A stretch of DNA of 64,000 bases from a virus (lineage: Duplodnaviria > Caudoviricetes): positions 1 through 64,000 of the IMG/VR virus record IMGVR_UViG_3300032330_001252. One strand, 5' to 3'. The notes beneath the pieces are model-generated. The model ran no database searches. It saw nothing but the letters and a program-made list of their open reading frames with translations, and was not told the DNA's origin. Positions 14,080-23,865 of the stretch are shown here, in pieces. Every line of letters starts with the position of its first letter. Positions within the stretch are counted from its first letter, which is position 1. Position numbers and translations under genes: made by a program.

Positions 14080-15569
14080 TGGCATTTTATACAGCAACTT
14101 GGTTTAAACAATTAATTAAAGAAGATCATGCTGCTGTACAAACTTACCTAAATAAAAAAGGTAACGATCTTCGAGGATATATAGATAGTACTCTACCATT
14201 TAGTTTATGGTTAGATATTGATACTATTAGAAAAAATATCTTACAGCCAAATGCTAAAGCCATAGAAGAACTATGCGCTTTATTAAATGTGCAAGACCCT
14301 AATGTTTTTATTAAAGAACTAGATAATGCATATCAAAAAACAATTACAGAATACATAGATACTTTCCCACATATAGATTCTAAAGAACTTGCTGCAAAAT
14401 TAGATACATTATCTGTAGCAATTGATCAGGGCGGTATTAAAGAAACTATACAAACATTGTTTAAACGAACAATGGTTGTAAAAGAACTTTCAAGAAAAAA
14501 TAAAAGTGTACTACTAATAGCTCCTAAATTTACAACTATACAAAGTGATTTTGGTAAACGAGTTAAATCTAATTTTAACTACGACGCATTTTCAGACTAC
14601 ATTGATGAACAGCTACAAGATAGCCCTAAAAATTTAGTTAGAAAATACTTAGAGAAAAACTTTGGAACATTACAGAACTTAGGGCATATTGAGGTTGATG
14701 TACTATCAGCAACCAAAGGTTCTTCAGAAGTTAAACGTGGACTAGTAAGTCCAAGACTTTTGCAAGCATTATTAGAGTGGCCTAATCAATCAAAACCTGA
14801 AACATTAGCTAGAAAATTTTCCAAAGAAACTGGACAGGCTGAGACTAGGGTAGTTATCCGCAAAAGATATACTAACAGTAAGTTAGTACTAGAGATGCTA
14901 GTAGAATCAGGATTAATGATTGGTTCTCTAGAAAGTCAACAAGAAAATTTAAAGAAAGCCGTTAAAGAACGTGCTTTTAAAATAGGTAGTGCTCTTAGTA
15001 GACGCCTAGTAGAAGACAAAAATTTATTACTAGACTTAGTAACTTCTAAGAGTATAAAACAATATACTGTAGATAGCGTACTAAATGGATTAAAAACAGG
15101 TAGACGTTCTGCTCGATATGAGAGTGAGACTGCAATAGTTCAAACTACTCCTGTCACTATTGAAAAATCTACAATAAATTTTGAAAAGAAAGATACTCCT
15201 TCTACCCAAGTACCCCAATTACAGACAGTTAAAGGAACTAAATACTCGCTAGTTAGTCTTAAAAATTTAATTAACAGTCAGCTACAGGATGTAATTAGTG
15301 CTAAGATGGGTGACGGCAGTAGTAAAAGTGTACTTAACTATAGAACTGGCAGATTTGCTGCTAGTGCTAAAGTAGAGGATATAACTTTAAGTAGAGATGG
15401 TATGATTACAGCATATTATAATTATATGCGCAATCCGTACGGTACATTTTCCACAGGCGGAAAACAAGAGATACCAAGATCACGAGACCCTAAACTACTA
15501 ATTTCCAGATCAATTCGAGAAATTGCTGCACAAAAGGTAGGAAATAGAATGAGAGCTGTATTGGTATGA
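14079..15569 (+). CDS. Tail completion protein (p143-like C-terminus) with a long N-terminal extension
   Basis: C-terminal RTGRF...Y.YM..PY...RDP motifs; position between p144-like and p142-like genes. Confidence 0.55.
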   Translation: MAFYTATWFKQLIKEDHAAVQTYLNKKGNDLRGYIDSTLPFSLWLDIDTIRKNILQPNAKAIEELCALLNVQDPNVFIKELDNAYQKTITEYIDTFPHIDSKELAAKLDTLSVAIDQGGIKETIQTLFKRTMVVKELSRKNKSVLLIAPKFTTIQSDFGKRVKSNFNYDAFSDYIDEQLQDSPKNLVRKYLEKNFGTLQNLGHIEVDVLSATKGSSEVKRGLVSPRLLQALLEWPNQSKPETLARKFSKETGQAETRVVIRKRYTNSKLVLEMLVESGLMIGSLESQQENLKKAVKERAFKIGSALSRRLVEDKNLLLDLVTSKSIKQYTVDSVLNGLKTGRRSARYESETAIVQTTPVTIEKSTINFEKKDTPSTQVPQLQTVKGTKYSLVSLKNLINSQLQDVISAKMGDGSSKSVLNYRTGRFAASAKVEDITLSRDGMITAYYNYMRNPYGTFSTGGKQEIPRSRDPKLLISRSIREIAAQKVGNRMRAVLV

Positions 15570-16003
15570 GTAGAAGAACTTCAATAGTAAAAGCTATTGC
15601 TGATAAGATTAAGTTAGTCAATGGTACTGGTATCTACAAAACTAATCTATTTCAGAATAGTTACGCAAAATTAAAATTTTGGGACGAAGTAAACGATTTC
15701 CCTTGTGTGTACGTTACTCCAGGCTCTGAACAAAGACAGTACCTTCCAGGTAATTTTACTTGGGGATTTTTAGGTATTTGCATAAAAGTCTACTGTAAGG
15801 GAGACGATGCGCAAGAGCAGTTAGAATTATTATTGGCCGATATAGAGCATGTAATTGATGCAAACCGTCAATTAGTGTATGATTCCACAAATAGTTACGA
15901 AACTACTGAAATTTTAATACAAGAGATCACTACTGATGAGGGACTATTAGCTCCTTATGCAATTGGTGAAATAAACTTACAAGTTCGATACGAACTCGTA
16001 TAA
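15566..16003 (+). CDS. Tail terminator (T5 p142-like)
   Basis: F.DEVNDFP, I.TDEGLL.PY motifs; position. Confidence 0.75.
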   Translation: MSRRTSIVKAIADKIKLVNGTGIYKTNLFQNSYAKLKFWDEVNDFPCVYVTPGSEQRQYLPGNFTWGFLGICIKVYCKGDDAQEQLELLLADIEHVIDANRQLVYDSTNSYETTEILIQEITTDEGLLAPYAIGEINLQVRYELV

Positions 16004-16076
16004 CCTCATAACGCAAACCCAAACGCAGATAATAGTCTTGCTAGTGGTCTAAGTTATAAAAAATAAAGGATATGCC

Positions 16077-17204
16077 ATGGCAGTTAATTTAATTCGTAAT
16101 AGTAAGGTATACTTTACTACTAGTTTAAACTCCGATGGTTCTGTTAACTTTGCAGCTTGTGATGCTACTAACACTCAGGAACTACAAGTTCTTGATGGTA
16201 TGAGTTTTTCACAAAACACAACAACAGAAACCGTTACCCTAAATGAAGCAGGTGCCGCACCTAGCCGCGGACAGCGTAGTTTTAATACTGCACTAAGTCC
16301 AGTTGATTTCTCATTTACAACATATATTCGCCCATACTACAATGAACTAGGTGCTAGCGATGCGCTAACAGCCGAAGAATCTGTACTATGGAACGCCTTA
16401 ATGGGTGTTAACCCTATTGGCTCTGGTGGTGCATGGACAGCAACTACAAGTGCTAGTGCTCCAACAGCAGTTGCAGCATACTCAAAAACAAACTCTAACG
16501 TTCACCAACTACAGAAGTTTGCCCTAATTATCAACGTTGACGGTTTACAGTACATTATTGAAAATGCTGTTTTAAATACCGCAACTATTGATTTTGGCTT
16601 AGACGCTATTGCTTCCATTCAGTGGGCAGGTCAAGCAACTAAACTAACACAAGATAGTAGTGCTACTACAATTGCAGCCTACAAAGCTAAAAATACTGCA
16701 GCTAAGTTTATTGCTAATAAACTATCAGTAGTTACACTATTTGCTGGTATTAATGCTACCACAGGTACAAGCTATACAATTCCACTAACTGGTGGTCAGA
16801 TTGTTCTAAGCAACAACGTTACATTCCTAACACCACAAAACTTGGGTATTGTTAACAAGCCAACCACATATTTCACTGGTACACGTGCTGTAAGTGGTAA
16901 TATGACTGCTTATCTACGTGCAGGCGGTGGTGCTGGTAACTACACAGCAGAATTGCTAGATACATTACTAACAGGTAGCTCAACAGCGGTTGATACTAAG
17001 TACACATTGACAATTAAGATCGGTGGTGCAACAGGTACACACGTTGACGTTAAACTACCAGCAGCTATGATCTCAATTCCAACAGTACAAACTGAACAGA
17101 TTGTTTCTACAACAATTAACTTCACTGGTCAAAGCTATACAAGTAGTGACTTCGATATTGAAGAAGCAAACGAAGTTTCTGTAACTTATAACGTAATTGC
17201 TTAA
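16077..17204 (+). CDS. Major tail tube protein (T5 pb6-like)
   Basis: LQVLDG.SFSQ.T..ET.TLNEAG..P.RGQRSFNTAL motif. Confidence 0.85.
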   Translation: MAVNLIRNSKVYFTTSLNSDGSVNFAACDATNTQELQVLDGMSFSQNTTTETVTLNEAGAAPSRGQRSFNTALSPVDFSFTTYIRPYYNELGASDALTAEESVLWNALMGVNPIGSGGAWTATTSASAPTAVAAYSKTNSNVHQLQKFALIINVDGLQYIIENAVLNTATIDFGLDAIASIQWAGQATKLTQDSSATTIAAYKAKNTAAKFIANKLSVVTLFAGINATTGTSYTIPLTGGQIVLSNNVTFLTPQNLGIVNKPTTYFTGTRAVSGNMTAYLRAGGGAGNYTAELLDTLLTGSSTAVDTKYTLTIKIGGATGTHVDVKLPAAMISIPTVQTEQIVSTTINFTGQSYTSSDFDIEEANEVSVTYNVIA

Positions 17205-17223
17205 TTAGCAATTACATTTCCAC

Positions 17224-17255
17224 AGAGACTGGGTTGATCTCCAGTCTCTCTTTTT
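17224..17255 (+). terminator. Terminator after the tail tube gene
   Basis: AGAGACTGG/CCAGTCTCT stem plus T-run. Confidence 0.7.
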
Positions 17256-17275
17256 CCTCAGAGTATAATTAAAAC

Positions 17276-17695
17276 ATGTCTACATTATCATTAAAATCCC
17301 TATTAGTTCCTTCTAAATCTGTAGAAGTTGAATATCCTGGTATGCCAGGCTTTGTAATCAGTTTGGCGTTTTTATCACGCGAAACATTACTTAATATTCG
17401 TAAAAAATCAACAAAAACTAGTTTCAAGAATCGTCAGCCTGTTGAAGAATTTAACGAAGATTTATTCTTACAACTTTATGTTGAAGCTTCCGTAAAAGGT
17501 TGGAAAGGTTTTAAACTAAGTTATTTAGAGCAACTTGCCCCAGTAGATTTAACTGGACAAGACCTAGATAATGAATTGGAATTTACACCAGAAAATGCAT
17601 TGTTCTTGATGAAGAATTCTAGTAACTTTGATGCTTTCGTAAGCGAGCAGGTAAGTGACTTGGGAAACTTTTCGAAGACCAGCTCGCAGAAGTAA
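17276..17695 (+). CDS. Tail assembly chaperone (gpG-like)
   Basis: Position before the tape measure gene; slippery site near its 3' end. Confidence 0.8.
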   Translation: MSTLSLKSLLVPSKSVEVEYPGMPGFVISLAFLSRETLLNIRKKSTKTSFKNRQPVEEFNEDLFLQLYVEASVKGWKGFKLSYLEQLAPVDLTGQDLDNELEFTPENALFLMKNSSNFDAFVSEQVSDLGNFSKTSSQK

Positions 17696-17709
17696 ATCGT
17701 CAGCTGGTC
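17662..17709 (+). other. Programmed -1 frameshift signal
   Basis: In-frame G_GGA_AAC at 17662-17668; GACCAGCT/AGCTGGTC stem-loop 8 nt downstream; the -1 frame is open into 17731..18054. Confidence 0.85.
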
Positions 17710-17730
17710 AACTATATACAAAATAGCGCT

Positions 17731-18054
17731 GTGTCTATGACACGAGAAGCTTACTTTGAGTTGTGTGAAGTTATGGGCAATCAGCCTGTAGAGGAAGAAA
17801 TTCCTGTTGAATTTGACGACTTTCCAATCGAAGTACAACAAGCTTTTGCAGTATATAGGATGCTACGTGATGAATGGGACACTATGAACGGCCTATACTT
17901 AGGTAAGACGTTGATAGGTATTAAAGATATTCTGGAAGCCACGGAAGTGGAACCAGACGAACAAAAGTTCATTATTGTGCTAGTTAGAATGATAGATCAA
18001 GTTAGATCTAACGAAATAAATAGTAAAAAAATATCAGAGAAGCCTGCTAGCTAA
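17731..18054 (+). CDS. Tail assembly chaperone frameshift extension (gpT-like)
   Basis: Continuous with the -1 frame from the slippery site. Confidence 0.75.
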   Translation: MSMTREAYFELCEVMGNQPVEEEIPVEFDDFPIEVQQAFAVYRMLRDEWDTMNGLYLGKTLIGIKDILEATEVEPDEQKFIIVLVRMIDQVRSNEINSKKISEKPAS

Positions 18055-18071
18055 CGTTAGCAGGCTTTTTT
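18040..18071 (+). terminator. Terminator
   Basis: AAGCCTGCTA/TAGCAGGCTT stem plus T-run. Confidence 0.7.
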
Positions 18072-18089
18072 GTCGTCAAAAAATTTAGT

Positions 18090-18118
18090 TTGACAAGCGT
18101 GTACCCTTATGATATAAT
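18090..18118 (+). promoter_or_regulatory. sigma70 promoter for the tape measure/tail tip operon
   Basis: TTGACA-17bp-TATAAT with extended -10 TG. Confidence 0.8.
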
Positions 18119-18176
18119 GGTAACAAAATTATTTTATAATTAGTCAAATTGGCCATCCACAAGAATTGGGGGATAC

Positions 18177-21100
18177 ATGGCAGGAAATACAGTAAATTTT
18201 ACGCTGAACTTAACCGATGAGGGCAGTATTGATGTTGTACAGGCAAAGGTAAGTAAGTTAAATAAAGACTTAACCATTACCGAAAGACTTGGTAAAACAG
18301 CAAGTGCAGCCTTTAAAGCTAGCGGTGAGAATCAAGCATATGGACAAGCCCGCGGAACTATGGGTGGAACAGGTGCAGGTGCAAGAGACTTTGCAAACGA
18401 GGCACAAGGCCTTGGTGGATTAGTTCGCCTATACGCTACTGTTGCAGCTAACATATTTGCAGCAAGTGCTGCATTTAATGCACTAAAAGATGCAATGGCT
18501 ACAACTAACATGATTGAGGGCTTAAACCAATTAGGTGCTCAAAGCGGTCAGTCACTAGGTACATTAGCCAAAAACTTTGCTGATGCTAGCGGTGGCGCTA
18601 TCAGTTTGCGTGATGCTATGCAAGCAACTGTTCAAGCTACAAGTGCAGGTTTATCAACCAAACAATTCTCACAATTAGGTGATGTAGCCAAGAAAGCTAG
18701 TTTAGCTCTTGGACGAGACATGGCAGATTCTGTTAGCCGTTTAACTCGTGGTATTACTAAACTAGAACCAGAACTATTAGATGAATTGGGTATCTTTACT
18801 AAAGTTGGTAAAGCTACTGAAGACTATGCAAGAAGCGTAGGTAAATCTGTTGACTCTTTAACAGATTTTGAAAAACGCCAAGCATTTGCTAATGCAGTAT
18901 TAAAAGAAGGTGCTGATAAATTTGGAAGCATTGACATTCCGGCTAATCCATACGATAAACTACTAGCTAGTTTAAAGAATTTAGCACAAACAGGCTTAGA
19001 AGTAGTTAATAATGTACTAGGTCCACTAATCGGTGCATTAAGTCAAAGCCCAGCAGCACTAACCACAGGTATTGCTGCACTAAGTGTTATGTTACTAAAA
19101 CAGGCACTACCAGCTATTGGCCAGTATCGCCAAGGATTAGTTGCTGCCGCTGAAACAGCTAAAAAAGCAGCAGAAATTCGTGCAGGTGAAGCAGGCAAAG
19201 CAGTTGAAGCAAGTGCTAGCGCACGTGAAGCCGCACTAGATAAAGCTGCAGAAGCAGAATTACGAACTGTTAAAGCCGCTGCACAAAAAATTGAAGAAGT
19301 AAGGACAAGTGGTTTTGGTAAGCAATCTAAAGCTGCAGAAATTCTTAAAAAGAATACTCAAGATGTTACGCAAGCTGAACTTGATTATCTAACTAAAGTA
19401 GGAGAAAGATATAAAAAGCAAGGCAAAGATGATATTGCAGACCGTTACTTTAATGCCGTAACAGCAATTAAATCAAGTGCCAAAGCTGAAGCAGAGTATC
19501 AAACTGTTGTAGATGCTACAACAAAGAAACTAACAACACAGCAAGGTGCTTGGACAGCCCTTGGTCAAGCTCAAGCTCAAGCTAAACGTACTGCAGATAT
19601 TGCTACTTCTAAGTCAATAACAAGTAATGCTGCAGAAAATACTGCTATTTTAGGCATGAGTGGTGCTTGGTCAGAAATGCGTAAACAAGTTGGTGAATCC
19701 CAGATGGGGCCAATTCGTAAAGCATTTACAACTGTGTCCAGCGCAATTAGTATTGCTTCAACAGCTCTTATGGGGTTTGTTGGTGCTTTACAAACTTATA
19801 TATTTATTATTGGTGCAGTTATTGCAGGTGCTAGACTACTAGACTCTTACTTAACTAAAAATGCAGAACAGTCAGAAGCATTTAAACTAGCATTAGATAA
19901 TTCAAATGAATCTGTAAAGAATTATGACAGAACATTAAAAGCTCTAAGTAAGATGGATTCTAGTGCTGTATTTAGTGCAGCAGGTGTAACTGCCCAAGCA
20001 AATGCTTTTAAAGAGCTAAGTGATAATCTTGGTACATTACGCGAAAAGTTTGAAGAATTAGATAAAGCAACCACAGGTTGGGATAGATTCTGGGATGGAA
20101 TTTTTAGTAAGAGTCAAGGACAAAAATTTGCGGAAGCAAGTGTGTCTAATATTACTAAGTTAATTGCTGGTATTGACAATCCAGATGTTCGTGCACAAAT
20201 GACTGCTAAAGTTGATGAAGTACTTGGTACAACAGGTGGTAGTCAACTACAATGGCTGGAAGCTCTTAAAAAGGGTGGACCAGAAGCTGCTGCTGCAGTA
20301 AAACAAATTGAAGATAAGATTAAACCGCTCGCCACAGGCATGAGTATAACTGCTAGCCGTAGTAAAGAGTTTGACGATCAACTTAAAAAATTAACGGATT
20401 CTTACAAAGAATTTGCATTTTCAGCTATTGATAAATCACCTATGAGTAAACTAGGTGATGATATGTTGTTATTTTCCACAAAAACAGTAGGAGCACTAGC
20501 AGATACAGAAGCCGGCCTTGGTAGTATGAATAAGTTACTACAAGATGCTACAAAACTTGGCATGTTCAGTCCAGATGTTTTTGCACAAATGCAAAAAATG
20601 AGAACTGAAGTAGAAGGACTAAACAAACAACACGGCGATACTGCTATTAAACTAAAAATAGCTAGACAAGAGGTTAGTTCATTAGAACTAGAGTACGAAA
20701 GATTAAACAAAGCTTACGGTGGTTTAAGTGAAGATCAAATTCAATCTTTACGAAATGAGGGTGCTGACACTTCTGGTATTGATCAGATGCAGGCAGCTCA
20801 AGAAAAACTTAATAGTAAGTTAGCTTACATATCTGAATTAAATCGCAAAGATACAGAAGAAAGACGAAAAATTGCTGAATTAATGGCTAGTCCAGTATTC
20901 AAAGAAATGGCTGTTGAGTCTTTTAAAATCGGTGCTGATCTAATTAGTAAAAGTATAGATTTTGCATTTCAAAAAGCTAGTATTGACCTAAAGCGAGGTA
21001 TTCTTGGTAATTTAAGTGATTTACCAGGTTCTGGTGCTTTACAGCGAGAAGTAGACAAACAAGATATAGGTATTCAACGTTCTCAATTAGAGATGCAAGC

Positions 21101-22958
21101 AAAAATGCTTCAAGCTCAGTACTTAATGATTGCTGCTCAGAACCAAACTACTGCCGCAGTAATGATGGATAAAGCAAAAGCTAGACTTGAAGGGCGTGAT
21201 GCAACTGGTGCATATCGTGGTGAAAGAAGTGATGCCGGAAATGCCTCAGTAAGTAATGCTCAAGGCATGATGGATATTACTGCACAGTTCAATGAATTTG
21301 TTACTAAAGGTGGTAAAGGTGCTCCTGCTATGGTTAATAGTTTAACCAAGGCAATGAAAGATTTTGGTAAAGAAAGCCCAGAAATGGCCGCCAGCTTACA
21401 ACAAATGTTAGCTGCTACTAAATCTTTTATGGAAGTGGATGCTACTAGAGCAGGTATTGACACTAAAGACAAACTGTCAAAAATGCAAATGGGCTTAAAG
21501 CTAATACAGGAACAAAAAACTGTTAATGAAGCTATTAATTCAGAAGAAAAATCTGCCATTGCCTTAAAACAAGCTCAACTAAATATTATTGGTCAACAAA
21601 ATGCTTTCCAAACAGAAGAACAAGTAGCTGCACAAAAACTTCTTTCTATAGAAGCAGCTAACCAAGAATATGCTCAGCAAGGAATATCTATTGCAGCAGA
21701 TAGAGCCAAATATGAATTACTTATTGCTGAAGCTAAAAAAGCAGGATTAAAAACAAGTGAGTTAGAAGATAGTAGTAAAAAGTTATTACTTATCAGAGAA
21801 ACTAATCGTGAAGCTGATAAAACAGTTAAAACAGCACAGGCAGAAGCAGCTGAAAGATTAAACCTAATTAAAGTCTTAGCAGAAGAAGAAATGCGCAGAC
21901 TTAATATTAGACAAATTATTGCAGATACAAACGCTATTAGAGCAACTACTACTAATGAATTAAATGATTTAGAACTACAATATCAAATTAATTCAGAAAA
22001 ATTCTCTGCTCAACAAATTGCTGATTCTAAGGCTATAATTGAAACTACTAAGATTCAAACAGAAGCAAGAGCTAAACTTGCAACTCTCGAAATTAATTAT
22101 TTAAGAGAGATAACTAAATTAGTAGAGGCATATCAAAAAGCAGCGCCAGGTGCTGCTGGAGAAGCCGTAAGAGCTGATATTAGAGCTCAAATGGAGGCTA
22201 TTGGTGAAAAGTATACTGCTGAAGTAACTGGCGTTAATGCTGTTGCAGCTGCTAAACAAAAATTAGTAGACTTAGACAAGAGCCTATCAGAGCGTCAAAA
22301 AGCTTATGGCGATGTATTTAAGAAAACTTTTGAAGGTATGGCAGATGCTATTGTAACATTTGTACAAACTGGCAAACTGGATTTCAAGGGTTTAATTGAC
22401 TCTATGTTGGCTGATTTGTTACGTTATGAATTACGCTTACAAGCATTAGCAATGTATCAAGCTATGCGCCCAGGACTACTAAACTTCTTTAACTTTGGCT
22501 CTAGCCCTGGTGGTGCACCAATAGTTGATAGTACTGCTAGTTCACTATTACCAACGCTTGCTGCAAAAGGTCGTGCTTACGACTACGGAATTGAAAAGTT
22601 TGCAATGGGTGGAACCTTTACTAATCAAATAGTAGATTCTCCTACATTGTTTAAATTTGCTCAAGGCACTGGTATGATGGGTGAGGCAGGCCCAGAAGCT
22701 ATTATGCCCCTAAAGCGTGATGCTAATGGAAATCTTGGTGTTCGTTCAGGTCAGCAACAACCTAATGTTGATGTTGTAATTAATAACTATAGTACGGCAC
22801 AGGCTACCACAGAAGAGACTACTGATTCTAAGGGCAATCGTAGAATTGAAGTTACTATTGGTGATATGACAGCCGGAGAGATGAGTAGAAGCGGTAGCGC
22901 TACACAAAGATCTATGAGAAATACTTACGGTATTCAGCCCCAACTAATTAGGAGATAA
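18177..22958 (+). CDS. Tape measure protein
   Basis: 1593 aa, Ala-rich and helical; T5 pb2-like N-terminus (KLEPELLDELGI); C-terminal GEAGPEAIMPL motif. Confidence 0.9.
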   Translation: MAGNTVNFTLNLTDEGSIDVVQAKVSKLNKDLTITERLGKTASAAFKASGENQAYGQARGTMGGTGAGARDFANEAQGLGGLVRLYATVAANIFAASAAFNALKDAMATTNMIEGLNQLGAQSGQSLGTLAKNFADASGGAISLRDAMQATVQATSAGLSTKQFSQLGDVAKKASLALGRDMADSVSRLTRGITKLEPELLDELGIFTKVGKATEDYARSVGKSVDSLTDFEKRQAFANAVLKEGADKFGSIDIPANPYDKLLASLKNLAQTGLEVVNNVLGPLIGALSQSPAALTTGIAALSVMLLKQALPAIGQYRQGLVAAAETAKKAAEIRAGEAGKAVEASASAREAALDKAAEAELRTVKAAAQKIEEVRTSGFGKQSKAAEILKKNTQDVTQAELDYLTKVGERYKKQGKDDIADRYFNAVTAIKSSAKAEAEYQTVVDATTKKLTTQQGAWTALGQAQAQAKRTADIATSKSITSNAAENTAILGMSGAWSEMRKQVGESQMGPIRKAFTTVSSAISIASTALMGFVGALQTYIFIIGAVIAGARLLDSYLTKNAEQSEAFKLALDNSNESVKNYDRTLKALSKMDSSAVFSAAGVTAQANAFKELSDNLGTLREKFEELDKATTGWDRFWDGIFSKSQGQKFAEASVSNITKLIAGIDNPDVRAQMTAKVDEVLGTTGGSQLQWLEALKKGGPEAAAAVKQIEDKIKPLATGMSITASRSKEFDDQLKKLTDSYKEFAFSAIDKSPMSKLGDDMLLFSTKTVGALADTEAGLGSMNKLLQDATKLGMFSPDVFAQMQKMRTEVEGLNKQHGDTAIKLKIARQEVSSLELEYERLNKAYGGLSEDQIQSLRNEGADTSGIDQMQAAQEKLNSKLAYISELNRKDTEERRKIAELMASPVFKEMAVESFKIGADLISKSIDFAFQKASIDLKRGILGNLSDLPGSGALQREVDKQDIGIQRSQLEMQAKMLQAQYLMIAAQNQTTAAVMMDKAKARLEGRDATGAYRGERSDAGNASVSNAQGMMDITAQFNEFVTKGGKGAPAMVNSLTKAMKDFGKESPEMAASLQQMLAATKSFMEVDATRAGIDTKDKLSKMQMGLKLIQEQKTVNEAINSEEKSAIALKQAQLNIIGQQNAFQTEEQVAAQKLLSIEAANQEYAQQGISIAADRAKYELLIAEAKKAGLKTSELEDSSKKLLLIRETNREADKTVKTAQAEAAERLNLIKVLAEEEMRRLNIRQIIADTNAIRATTTNELNDLELQYQINSEKFSAQQIADSKAIIETTKIQTEARAKLATLEINYLREITKLVEAYQKAAPGAAGEAVRADIRAQMEAIGEKYTAEVTGVNAVAAAKQKLVDLDKSLSERQKAYGDVFKKTFEGMADAIVTFVQTGKLDFKGLIDSMLADLLRYELRLQALAMYQAMRPGLLNFFNFGSSPGGAPIVDSTASSLLPTLAAKGRAYDYGIEKFAMGGTFTNQIVDSPTLFKFAQGTGMMGEAGPEAIMPLKRDANGNLGVRSGQQQPNVDVVINNYSTAQATTEETTDSKGNRRIEVTIGDMTAGEMSRSGSATQRSMRNTYGIQPQLIRR

Positions 22959-22960
22959 TA

Positions 22961-23335
22961 ATGGCATATAGTTATGTATGGCCAGCAACACTTCCTCAAG
23001 TGCCTCAAAAAGGGTATTCGGAAACTGGTGGAGCTAATATTTTAAGTACTAGTATGGATTCTGGTCCAGCTAAGCGTAGATATCGTGGTAAAAGACCACA
23101 AACATTATCTGTTAGTTTTCTAATGACTACAGCAGAAGTAACAGCTCTAGAGACATTTGTTCTAGGCCCTAATGCTATCAGAGGCGTTGCTAGATTTGGA
23201 TTCCCACATCCACGTACTGGACTAACAGTTGAAGTAAGAATTTTACCAGAAGGTAGTGATGGTAACTTATATAATGTGAGTTATACTGCCCCAGGCTACT
23301 ATAATGTAAGTATGAAGTTAGAAATATTACCATGA
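22961..23335 (+). CDS. Distal tail protein (Dit / gpM-like)
   Basis: WP.TLPQ...MDSGPAKRR motif; follows the TMP. Confidence 0.7.
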   Translation: MAYSYVWPATLPQVPQKGYSETGGANILSTSMDSGPAKRRYRGKRPQTLSVSFLMTTAEVTALETFVLGPNAIRGVARFGFPHPRTGLTVEVRILPEGSDGNLYNVSYTAPGYYNVSMKLEILP

Positions 23336-23865
23336 GTAGATTAACATCAATGAGCCCAGAAGCTATCCGTGCGGTTTTTTCGCCAGACATGGATAGTGAT
23401 CTAATATTTTTACTAACAATGTATGATCCTACCACAGGTGGTGTAGCTGCCCGTTTAGCCGATAACTTTACACAAAGACTTACAACAGCGCCTTATGCCG
23501 AAACACCTACTGAAGTATACTATGGTGTAGTAAGCAGAGGCGAACAGTTTTTATTCCTACCTATGGACCTAAGTCTGCCCAGTGAAGAAGAAGCACAAGC
23601 GCCTCGCTGCTCACTAACTTTACGAGATGTAACTAGGTATGTTACACCTATTATACGTAGTATTAGTGGGCCGCCAAAAGTAAAAATGGAGTTAGTGTTA
23701 TCAAAAACTCCAGATATTGTAGAAGCTAGTTTTGTAGGTTTTTATATTAATAGTTTTACATATAATGCTGATTCAGTGACTGCTGAATTATCTATGATTG
23801 ATTATGAGCGTGAACCATTTCCAATGCACGCATTTACAGCTCCATATTTTCCAGGATTATTCTAA
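23332..23865 (+). CDS. Tail tip protein (DUF1833 / gpL-like)
   Basis: F.FLP.DLSLP...APR..LT.; C-terminal EPFP...TA.YFPGLF. Confidence 0.7.
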   Translation: MSRLTSMSPEAIRAVFSPDMDSDLIFLLTMYDPTTGGVAARLADNFTQRLTTAPYAETPTEVYYGVVSRGEQFLFLPMDLSLPSEEEAQAPRCSLTLRDVTRYVTPIIRSISGPPKVKMELVLSKTPDIVEASFVGFYINSFTYNADSVTAELSMIDYEREPFPMHAFTAPYFPGLF

